Shown: positions 38,417 through 50,262 of the stretch, one piece after another
How positions within the stretch are numbered: the stretch's first letter is position 1
How the letters are laid out: each line of letters starts with the position of its first letter
Assembly: GCF_964355755.1 (NCBI RefSeq)
Contig: NC_092674.1
Coordinates: 1,798,001-1,862,000 of the forward strand
Source: Antedon mediterranea
Taxonomy: Eukaryota; Animalia; Echinodermata
Length of the DNA: 64,000 nt
Direction of reading: 5' to 3'
The notes under the pieces: generated by a model
The model's input: the letters and a program-made list of their open reading frames with translations, nothing else
Database searches by the model: none
Told to the model about the DNA's origin: nothing
Made by a program: the position numbers and the translations under genes

Positions 38417-41031
38417 TTTTTATTTTATTTTTATTTATTCAATTTTCTGCCATATACAATACAAAGAAAACAAAACAAATATAAGAGGCAAGGAAAGACC
38501 AAACAGGTGCTAAACACCTATGCTAGTTGGTCAACAAAGAACAGAGCACAGAAATAAACCAATACAATCTCAAAGAAACAAAATTACGTTCTACAATTAA
38601 AGCATCTACAAGAAAACTACACACATTTTCAATATCAAAGTTATTTTTAAAATAAATATTGAGATAATTTAATAATTTAGGTTTTAAAAGAAATATCTAA
38701 ATTGCGAATTTCACCGGGTAAGTTGTTCAAAATTCTGGTAATATTAATATATATCAATTATTAATTAACTAATAACCATGACTTTTACTGAAAATAATGT
38801 ATTGTTTCATTTCAGGATTTTGATTGCATTGTGTAACTACAACGTTCCTGTTGGTCATCGTTCGTATTAAAATGACTTTAAAGATATATTGTCCCCCTAA
38901 AAAAATATTTGTTTAAATTTTTTTGTTGAATATGTTATTTTAATGTCACATAATAGTTATTCACTCTCACAAAAAATTGGGTCTGAAAAAAATTTATTTA
39001 CCTGAGAAAAATGTAATTTAAAGCAAAAAATGGTCAAATTGTCTGGAAGACAATGAATTTTTGGGTAATTTAACTGTTTATTTTGTCTTTTTATAGGTGA
39101 AATAATGTTTGTCCCCCCCCCCCCCGTTTTTTTTCTTATGGAAGTGAACAACTTCATTAAAACTGCAAAATGGCCTATTAAAAGTCCGATTTTAAAAATC
39201 TTTATTTTTCATGATTTTGGGGGACAATACATCTTTAAATAAAATGAATATCATATTATTTACAAAAAATACTATATATAATTGTATTTTTTTTAATGTC
39301 AAGTAAATAATAATAATAATAATATTTATAGAGCGCACATATCCACCAAGTTCTCAAGGCGCTTGTAAAAACCATGAGATAAATATTAAATGTGCTTAAT
39401 TAGACTATACTAATTAGTTATGCATAATGTGAGAATTAATTAATATTATTATTAATTATTGAATATCATATTATTTACAAAAAAATACTATATATTATTG
39501 TTTTGTTTTAATGTCACGTAAATAAATATTAAATGTGTTTAATTAGACTATACTAATTACTTATGCAAATGTGAAGATTAATTAATATTATTATTAATTA
39601 TTAATATTATTTTCATTATTAATTATGTATTAATTAAGCAAATCAGACAACAATATTTTTTGTGCTATACCATTAAAGTTTCTTTTCATTATGTGTAAAC
39701 AATATTATTATTATTATAGATAATTAGATAAATCATGAATGATTCCACCGAACTTACGAGTTAAAATAACTATAGTGAGGCATCTAATGAATAGGCAAAC
39801 TGCCTTAAAATGTGACATCTTTCGAGGGGTATTCGTTTCGAGAAACTATTCTTATCATCAGAAAAGAAAACAACGCTTAGAGTACTTATATACCAATAGG
39901 ACAAGTTGTACTCTATGCGTTGTTTTCTGTTCTTATTATTAAATGTGGAAATTACCTAAATCCTTAACTTAAAGTTAATACATTTTATTCTATAAATGAT
40001 AATATTATTTCAATAAATATGCATTAGAATCTAAGAAAACATGATTCTCTTTATTATTTCAATATATAGTTACTATTTAAAAATCATAGAGTTGATGATA
40101 AGGTGATGATATATCAAGAAATATGATGATGATAATGACAAGTTGACAGGGATGAGGCGATGGTCATGATATAAGTGACAAATTAAAGATGACAATAATG
40201 GTTATGACAATGGTGAAAAAATAATATAACTTATCGATGACGTCAACGTTGATTACAATGCCTTCAGATATTGATTACATGATTTCTCAGATTGCACTTT
40301 TTACATATACTTTTAATTCGCCAAACGCATCCAAACGTATGGTAATTTTCTATCACCCTGGTTAACAAGAATGAGAACATATTTTGACACTGGTAGCCTT
40401 TTAGTAATCCTGTATCTGAATTTCTCTGCAATGATCGAGTTATATATTCCTAGCTAGCTATCGACAATTTACAAGAATGCTTGTAACAATCCCGGATATA
40501 GGCAATATTCTCTACAGCTCACTATGTCGGTCGGTCGGTAAACAACTCAAATTTAAGCACGCGACTGCAGCCATGTATATGGCCTTGTTAAATCGCGGTT
40601 TTATTTTGTTCATAAGATATACGCCAGTTAGACCCGAACGAATTGTAATCAACTGTTTCGCCTTATGATACAGCAACGCATTATAATTATGATTTTCTAA
40701 CATTCGTATTCCTACCAAATCTACCAGCCAAATAAAAGCACACCTTAAACCTAACAAGTGAACATGTCGAGTGTTTACTGCAATGGTAGGGGTAGAATAT
40801 GTAGTACATTCATCTATTGAATTATATTTCGCAATATTATCTCATTCTCATTCGATTCTCTGTTTGCTGTGTATTACTGCGCGTTCTATGAGTCAATATA
40901 CCATACTATAAAAAGATCATGGGGAAAAATATTGTCATTATAACAACACTCACTTTTTATTCTGTAACACTCACTTTCTTGGGAAACGGAGATCAAAGTT
41001 ATTATTTTAAAAGGAATATTTGAAGAACATT

Positions 41032-41508
41032 ATGGCGGATGAGTTTGAACCAAGCCCAAATCCAAAAAACAGGTAAGTTTACACATGCCGATAGTACCGT
41101 ACAGTTTATAATAGCAATAATAAGTACTAAACGCGTCAACTTATTTGTTTATCAATTTCTGAACTGTATTAGGTCAATTGTTACTTCAAATAAATTTGTA
41201 TTCTAAAATATTTTTCACTACTTTATCTGTATAAAGCCGAATAGGTAATTTGAATTACAAATGTTTATTTGTTTAGCTTTCAGATATTTGTGAAAGAACT
41301 TCAAGGAATAAGTACACCCTTTGATGTATATTCGGAGACAACTGTATTAGAACTTAAATATAAGATAAACAGTGATCTTAATATTCCCATAAAACAGCAA
41401 CGATTAACATATGAGAGTAAACCGTTGATCAACGAGAATACCATGGAATTTTACGGCATCAGAAAGCACTCAACCGTACACTTGCTTCTACGACTGCGCG
41501 GAGGATAA
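41032..41508 (+). CDS. Micro-gene 11: shared tag + ubiquitin-like domain ending LRLRGG, 90 aa
   Basis: Exons 41032-41072 (MADEFEPSPNPKN) and 41277-41508; the 76-aa domain aligns ungapped to ubiquitin with 34/76 identities by my manual count. Confidence 0.9.
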
Positions 41509-42919
41509 ATATTATTGATGTGTATACCGTGTAACTGAACTGAACGCTATCAAAATGGAATATCATGATTGTTTGAAAAACTATATTTCACCGTAAAATC
41601 GCATTGTCACATCGTATATGAAGACGGGCGTCGTGAGGTGGTTTCCCGAATGATCGTAAAAGCAAAACGATACTGGGTATAATCGACTTGTCACCAACTA
41701 GCCATCTATTCATAAAAGTACTGATGTAGCAGCCTATCTGTACGGCGACTATATAATGGACACGAGACATGACTTACCACGACTTTTAGTTGATAGAATA
41801 TTGACAAAAATTTGTTATGAAGAGTTGTACGTGGATGTTTATGAAATTATGTCATGTTTGTAACATACAAATAAACAGTTTTAAGTTAATTTAGATATAC
41901 AGAAGAAAAGCAAAGGGATTATGGAGCGGCTATTAATAAGTATACAATACTAAGTATTGAAATTATAAAATGTTAAGCGATCTTGTCAAAGGTCAAGCGC
42001 CTATAGCCTGCCACGTTTCGATACTTAATATTGAACTTGACCTGATGTGGTTCCACAATATCTTTATATGAAAATGGTAGAGTCGATAGAAAATAATTAA
42101 ATATTGGTTATTGTTAATCAGTTATTAATATACATTGTTTTTGTTTATGTTAAACTAGGTATATGCCTATATTTAAACCTGTTTCACCTTGTTTAAAGAG
42201 AATATATCTTTAAGAATAAATGTTTATGTTACGTTCTGTGTTTCGGTTGTCAGTGTTTTAGTTATTTATATTAAGTAAAACAGACAATCGTAAGAATATG
42301 TAAAAATATGATAGTTTCCATTTCGTGTAAATATTTGCATATTGTTTATATTTTGTTAAACTAAAATATCTCTATATTAAATTTAAATAAACAATGTACA
42401 AATAATTCATATTTTGACATTTATAATTTCTTTCATATCAGTTCAATATGATTTTGCTATCATTTTATTATCGCGAAATTTAAGTTTGCACAGAAAATAA
42501 AATGATACAAAATTCCGATTTATATTTATATTCAAATAATACTCCATGTCCATTTTAATTTATAATTAAGAAGTAACTACACTAATTAAATTATTATGTA
42601 TCACTATTATGTATCACTATTATGTATCACTATTTCAATAAATGTATATTAAAGTATAAAATACACGCTGCTCTATTCTCATTTTATGTTAAATTCAGCA
42701 ATGACAGAATAAATGGTGGTGGCAATGATGATGTTGTGATGATAGTTACAAAATATCAAAGATGATGATAACAAGTTGATATGATATGGCGATGATGATT
42801 ATGACAATTACTGTAATATAGTGACAAAATAAAGATGACTAATGATCACGACGAGTTGATATATTGTCGATACAAAATACAGAAGATTATACGCCTTCTT
42901 CAAGTCTAAGTTCAATCTT

Positions 42920-43070
42920 AAGCTCTGTCTACACTATCAAACTAGCTTGACAAGAAAATGTGATGTGCCCAAATATGGTAGTGATATGTGCAAATATGGT
43001 AGTGATATGATATCATCATGTCCTCCATATATGGGCACATCACTTTTTTTGTGTGTAGACAAGGCTTTAG
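42920..43070. mobile_element. Short MITE family (TIR aagctctgtctacactatcaaac); copies also at ~8179, 51005-51126, 55597-55745, 63134
   Basis: Recurring TIR and internal gatgtgcccaaatatggtagtgat. Confidence 0.7.
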
Positions 43071-43945
43071 TTTACCATCAAACTTCGTCAAAAAATGCAT
43101 TCACATGTATATTCATTCTGGTGTCACCCTAGTTGATCAACAGCGTATGCATTGTGGGAAAGGAAATCGGAAACACCTTTTCAAAATGTATAACAAATTG
43201 GATGATGCTGTACAATACATTATTGACGTTTGCCTCTATTTTCACAACGAAATAAAAGAAATACATGTTAAATTCCCTTTTGTTTATTTTATTGTTTAAA
43301 AAAGAATGGAATGATCGAGCTATATATTCCTAGCTAGGTATCGAGAATTTACAGGCATGCTTGTAATGTTAAAAAATCCCGGATATAGGCAATAATCCGT
43401 TTTTAGTCGCGTGCAAACTATGTCAGTCGGTCAACTCAAATTTGAGCACGCGACTGCAGCCATGTATATGGCCTTGTTAAATCGCGGTTTTATTTTGTTC
43501 ATAAGATATACGCCAGTTAGACCCGAACGAATTGTAATCAACTGTTTCGCCTTATGATATAGCAACGCATCACAATTATAATTGTCTAACATGCCCGTTC
43601 GTAATTCTACCAAATTTGCCAGCATCACTGCCAAATAAAAGCATGCCTTAAACCTAACAAGTGCACATTTCAAATAATCACTGCAATGGTAGAATATGTA
43701 GTACATTCATCTATTGAATAAATCTCTATACAATGACATTACTATTTCGCAATATTATCTCTTTAACGATTCGCTGTTTACCGTATTACTGCGCGTTCTA
43801 TGAGTCAATATACTATACTATAAAAAGATATTGGGAAAAAATATTTTCGTTATTAAAACACTCACTTTTTATTCTACAACACTCACTTTCTTGGGAAACG
43901 GAGATCTAAGTTATTATTTAAAAAGAGGTATATTTGAAGAACATT

Positions 43946-44747
43946 ATGGCGTTTGATTTTGAACCAAGCCCTAATCCAAAACACAGGTGAGTTACCATTT
44001 AAACGAAATAGTACAGCGTGTGGTTAGATATTAGAATGAATAAATAATTATTGAACACGTTATTTGTATTTGTGTCTGAATTCCATACACCTTTTTTTAT
44101 TTGTACTTGAATTAGGTATTATTTGTTGTTGTACGGAAAATAAATTTATCCTTACATACATAGGGTAACTATCGGGAATCAAATTTACACAAATAAATAT
44201 TTCAATATTTATCTCTTATCTCTTATCAGCATACGCTGTTTAGGGTCACTCTCTATAAATAAGGTGAAATAAATAAATAAAATAACTTTATTTTTTTTAT
44301 AATTATGCAATTTATTTATATAAAGAATTTGGGGGAAATTAAAGAAGTTTTACTTCCTTTTCCTACCTTTCTCTCCTTCTGTAATTTATAAAAAAAAATA
44401 GATTATTTTATTTTTATTAATTGTAGATTGAAACAAATAAAGAGATAAATTATTACTTAATTAAATCAAAGAATTTGAAAACAAGTGTTTTTTATTCATG
44501 TCTTTTTTTTTTTAGATTTCAGATTTTTGTGAATGATCTGAAAGGAAAGAGTACAACATTTGACGTATATGCTGAGACAAAAGTACTAGACCTTAAACGG
44601 ATGATAAATGAACGACTTCAGGTTCCAATCAAATCTCAACGCTTAACGTATCAGGATAAACAGTTAGAAGACCATAACACAATGGAATGGCATGGTATTC
44701 GAAAGGATGCAACAATCACCTTGCTTCTACGACTGCGAGGAGGATAA
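43946..44747 (+). CDS. Micro-gene 12: shared tag + ubiquitin-like domain ending LRLRGG, 90 aa
   Basis: Exons 43946-43986 (MAFDFEPSPNPKH) and 44516-44747; 31/76 identities to ubiquitin by my manual count; upstream region strongly similar to gene 11. Confidence 0.9.
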
Positions 44748-46942
44748 AGACTAATTAATAATGTGTGTATACAGTGTAACTGAAGGCTTTATAAAACTGA
44801 ACACTAACGGAAAATTGAACTAACGGAAAATCAGAATAGTGTAAAAACAACATTTCGCAGTTAAGTCGTAGATACTTAATTTTTATTACCCTGAAATGCT
44901 GGTGAACAAGAATATATATTTAGAAATATATTTTTCGAAAGGATTACATAAAAAAAAAACATTTACATCAGTAAAAGGTAACAAATTCAAGATTTGTTTA
45001 TTAGGGAATGGTTGAAGAATAATTGTACTATCATTATTATTATTTTAAAATGGTTTAAAGAAAAAGAATATAAAACGGATATAAGAATGATACAGCGATG
45101 TTATTGAATAATTCAAAGTGATGTACAATTTTATGGTAAAATGAATATTGAATGAATGATCTTTGGTCAAAAGGAAAAAACCCGCTATTACATGTCAAAG
45201 TCTACGAGACAGAGCCTTTACGATATCTTGTACGAAATCAGCTATCGGATAGCCTTGGTTATTTATATTAGTAAAGTACTATGTTAAAATATATAAAAAA
45301 TGTTCATTATATATTTGATTCTAAAAATTATATTTAAAATGTATGTTATTCCGGGGGTAAATGTGTTTATACTATTTGAACTATGGATAAATTAAAGTTT
45401 AAACATTAAAATAGATGATTCTTTAATCTCATTTTTTGTAAAATCTATCAATGGCAAAAGGCAGGGTGATGATGATTGAGGTGATGACGATAGGCCTACA
45501 AAGATATCAAGAATGATCATAATTTGACATCTAAGGATTATTATGTTGATACAACAGTGTCGATACAAATATATATAATAGTATGCCCTCTTAGTGGTTT
45601 AACAATAAATTTACCTTCAGACTTCGTCAAATATATACTTTTCCCCAAATTCACGTCTAGTTCAATAAGTGCATTCACCTCAGTTTATCAATAGCGCGCG
45701 TATGCATTGTGGGAAAGGAAGCACTTTTTTGACAATCTGTAACATACTATATGCTGCTACATATACAGTATGTACAGTACTACATTTAGTGATGTCTTAC
45801 TGTCAAAGGTCAAAGTCAGGGTAATACTAAGATCTCTATTCTTTACAATCACAACGAAATAAAAAAAATACAACATGGTACATGTTTTGTTTATTTTATT
45901 TTTTTAAATAGTACTAAAATCAGTTGCAAAAAGTACTTTTAATTTATATATATACAAACAGTGTCAGTTATGTATACAATATTTACATAGAAAAAGCCTC
46001 CAATAATGTCGATAATAATGTATATTATTTATTAATCATTACGCTTATATTAAAATAAATACTTTTAGTCAAATACAAATGGGGTTTATCCTTAGGCACA
46101 AACAAGCTAGTAGAGTAGGCCTACTGTACTCGAAGCTAGAGTAGCTTCTGGGTTAGGCCTACTCATTTTCAACAGCTTGCACTCATCTGACAAGCTAGTG
46201 GGCCTATATATTGTAGGCCTACTACAACAACACAAGGCTAAACAAAAGGGCCTACACAGCCTGCAATACACTGGGCAATAATAGTAATTGTACCATAAAA
46301 CTGTTGATTTTTAAGATAAACTACCACAATCATATACATTGAAACACTAATATAAACATCTCCATATAGATACAGAAAAATACTTCACTTTTCCTTAAAT
46401 TCATACGAATTTTATAGGATTTATAGGAAAATACAGTACCAACAACAAACCACAGCATCCACCATTGTAATTTTTGTAACGGTTTGCGCACGCTCAGATT
46501 GGTAGTTTGTTTAACGTGTGGAGGTCTATCTTAACTCCACAGCAACAAAGCTAACAACCAAAGTTTAAAAGAAAATCGTGCTGTTGGCTATGATATCAAA
46601 ACAATTAATTACTTTATTAAAATATAAAACAATTAAATGTAAGCTCGATTGTGTCATAATTAAACTATTCAACATATTTTTGCGTTTTACAGTAACTTAT
46701 GACATATAACAACCTTAATTTTAACAGCATTTGAATGGAATAAAATTATGATTTGAGCAGGACGTAAAATCCAACAACGCCCCCTATACCTAATTACAAT
46801 TAGAAGGCCGGATAAAAGTAATTATTAGGAATTAGAATAATATATTAAGCAACGTTGTTGAGACAAAGACAATGTTAAATGATATCTTCGGTTAAGTTTC
46901 ATTCTTGTTTTCAGACGATATTGTTCAATGTTCTTCTAATTT

Positions 46943-48101
46943 TCATTTATTAATTTCACCACAAGAGGACTTCTCCATAAATTCGGCATATTCAATCATT
47001 TCTTGTATCAGTCGTTCCTCCTCTTCAGTAACTGAAAGAAAATTATCATAATATTATTTTATTTAAGTTAAATGAAATAGTATTCATATTAAATACTGCA
47101 TTAATTAAATTAATATTGTGTAATTTATTATACAACTATTTACGTTATTTACGTTATTTACGGGAGGAATAACATTAAAATAATACGTAATTAATTAATA
47201 ATTTAAAAATAATATATAAGAGTTTAAACATTATTTTATTTTTGTAATATCAATTTATATCATCAATTGATATCATTTATTAAAAATCAATTCAATATAT
47301 CAAAGACTATTAATAATATGTACATTCTTAAACGTAATATTAACATATTTGTCGACACGGGTCACGTGTTATGTATACAGAATTACATACGTCATCAAAA
47401 TGGACGATAATGACACCAAATGCTTCTGCTAATATGTCCCGTATGTAACTCCACCATATGGGCGGCAATGAACCATTTTATGTATTTTTATGTTAAAATA
47501 TGTTCCATATATTTACTCTTTCGGTATGATAATGTCAAACCAAACTGTATATTTAATCAACTAAGTCCCTTATTTAATCTTATGACGGTAATAAATGGAC
47601 AAAACTATCATTTTAAAATAAAGTCCATTTCGATCATATGGTATTAAGAATAAATATGAACGATAATGAACCATTATATCTATGTTTCGAGTAAATATTC
47701 AATACCGATATCCATATAATCAACAAAAAAGCAACATTTCTATGAACATTTTCGAACAGTGTGACTGGAATAACGACACATTTATTATGGCGATACACAC
47801 AAGATGATAATACGCGACGATATAGAACAACGCGTTATTCTACTAGTAATATACATAACTGCTTAGTACAGATCTATAATAATAATATATAAAAGTTACC
47901 AAAACTACTATTTTTTTTATATTTCTGGTTTGGAATACAACAACAATGCTTACCTGACTGTTTAACCGTTGGTTCTGGTTCAAATATTTGAGGTCTCATT
48001 GCCAATTCAGCTACCGCTACCATTTTGTTTTTGTTCAAGCCATCTTTTTCAGCAATACTTATGATCTTATTTGCACACGTCCGCAAATGGCTGTGTTCCA
48101 T
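46943..48101 (-). CDS. Candidate two-exon small gene of unknown function, 78 aa
   Basis: Exons 48101-47954 (g|gtaag) and 47031-46943 (tttcag|): MEHSHLRTCANKIISIAEKDGLNKNKMVAVAELAMRPQIFEPEPTVKQSVTEEEERLIQEMIEYAEFMEKSSCGEINK*; TATAAAA ~75 nt upstream. Confidence 0.4.
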
Positions 48102-49729
48102 TGTAATATTGAACTTGATAAAGGCGTTCACTAAACTGATATTCGTTCCACCAACGGAAATCCAAGCCGGTTTTTATAAATAAATTCAGTGTAGTTTACA
48201 TGAGTAACAACTGTTTCAAACTTGTAACAAAAATTACGATTTGTTTGATTTAGTAGCGAATATAAAACTGTTCCGTTTCCCGTTGTTTATACTGAACGCT
48301 GATCCGCTGATCCGCTTCTCCTGCCGACCCGTCTATATGCATAACCATATTAGGATCAATGAATTGTTGTGTGGGTCGAAGCTCAAATACTACGTATGCA
48401 AATTAAGCAAGTAAAAAATACAAAATGGCGAGAACACGAACGGTTATCTGTGACAAAAAAAAGGTAAGAGTGATATTCATATGTCAACTTGTTTTGCTTT
48501 AACGAATAATTTACATTGGAAAAAATACGTGTCTGTTTATAATGTTCAAAACGTTGATTGGTTCGTTTGAGAATTTGTAAATTCACTCCGATGACAATCT
48601 ATAAAGGTATGTTCACTCCGTGGTATATATTGCGTGTACTATACTATCAAACCATTGTCCGTGTATTACTCAACATTTTCTTGTTCCGCTTTTATGAAAT
48701 GTATTTGACGACTTTTCCTAGCTTAAACATTAATATTAAGCTACGTATATATATACAGTAGTATTACACAATACATGAAATAAGTATTAAAACTATGTCA
48801 AATTATGAGGGTATACGTTAACTGTGGCCTTTTGTTTGAATATAGAAGTCTTACTTATAAGCACTATTATGACACAGTATGTATAGCACTCAATGAATAT
48901 ATATATACATATATAAGGGTGGGGTTGTATTAGGTTTATACTTATCTGTAATTACTTTACCCACATCAAACACAATTCTTGATAATTCACGTCCAACATT
49001 CAGTATTAAGACTAGACACAATAGGAGTTTTTCTATTTTCTATTCACCGGCCAACTTGAGATTTTGAAAGAAGTCGGGGGAACTCGTGATGCAAATTGAT
49101 AGTGACTGACTATTGGTAAATTACATAATCATTGTATTTGCATTTACACACGTGCATGGAAAATTGTATGTTAATCAAGTAAATTGAACCGTGACAAAAA
49201 TGTTCATAGCAATTAGTTATAATTCGTGTTAAAATATGCACATTAATTATCTTCCCGCACTCATCTTTCTCATCAAAAACATGTTGGCAAGATCATCAAT
49301 GAAAATGTTTCATTTTGATGTTTGTAACTAAATGTGGAAAAGAATCATTAGGTTGGCAGTGAACTTATAACGTGACGTGACGTAACGTAACGTGACGTAT
49401 AACATTGTCAGTGTATACAAATATATTAATCTTTAGTAGTTAAGTATATACTTAAAATAAATATTTTACTAAAACGTATTGAATACTCAGTGTTCTATTC
49501 GATGGGAATATTTTTAGAATAGAAATTTCACATATCTTGAAAACAAGGTATATTGGTTTCCGCATTATACGAGGATTACTCGCGTGTCCCCACGCGGAAA
49601 TGACACTATGTTTGTTATCAAAAGTGTGTTCGGTTTGTAAACGTACAATGCGTATTTTTACTTTCTCTATATAGTGGGTGCGTCTCACATGTATTATTTC
49701 TCTATATATACAAAAAGGGTTAGTACACA

Positions 49730-50262
49730 GGGTTACAGTAGAGTACAGACAGTTAACTGTTATGTACGATAGAGTACAGACAGTTAACCGTTATTATAAC
49801 GGTAGAGTACAGACAGTTAACCGTTATTATAACGGTAGAGTACAGACAGTTAACCGTTATTATAACGGTAGAGTACAGACAGTTAACTGTTATGTACGAT
49901 CGAGTACAGACAGTTAACTGTTATGTACGATACAGTACAGACAGTTAACTGTTATGTACGATCGAGTACAGATAGTTAACTGTTATGTACAGTAGAGTAC
50001 AGACAGTTAACTGTTATGTACGATCGAGTACAGACAGTTAACTGTTATGTACGATCGAGTACAGACAGTTAACCGTTATTATAACGGTAGAGTACAGACA
50101 GTTAACTGTTATGTACGGTAGAGTACAGACAGTTAACCGTTATACGGTAGAGTAGACAGTTAACCGTTATTATAACGGTAGAGTACAGACAGTTAACCGT
50201 TATACGGTAGAGTACAGACAGTTAACCGTTATACGGTAAAGTACAGACAGTCAACCGCTATG
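49730..50262. repeat. ~29-33 bp minisatellite (agagtacagacagttaac...)
   Basis: Directly visible. Confidence 0.95.

Noticed and set aside
41269-44747. Calling the Ubls ubiquitin, NEDD8, SUMO or ISG15
   Set aside because: Identity to ubiquitin is under 50%, each has a single domain with a novel N-terminal exon, and no orthology can be supported.
49730-50262. CRISPR-like regular repeat
   Set aside because: No unique spacers, no cas genes, eukaryotic context; it is a minisatellite.
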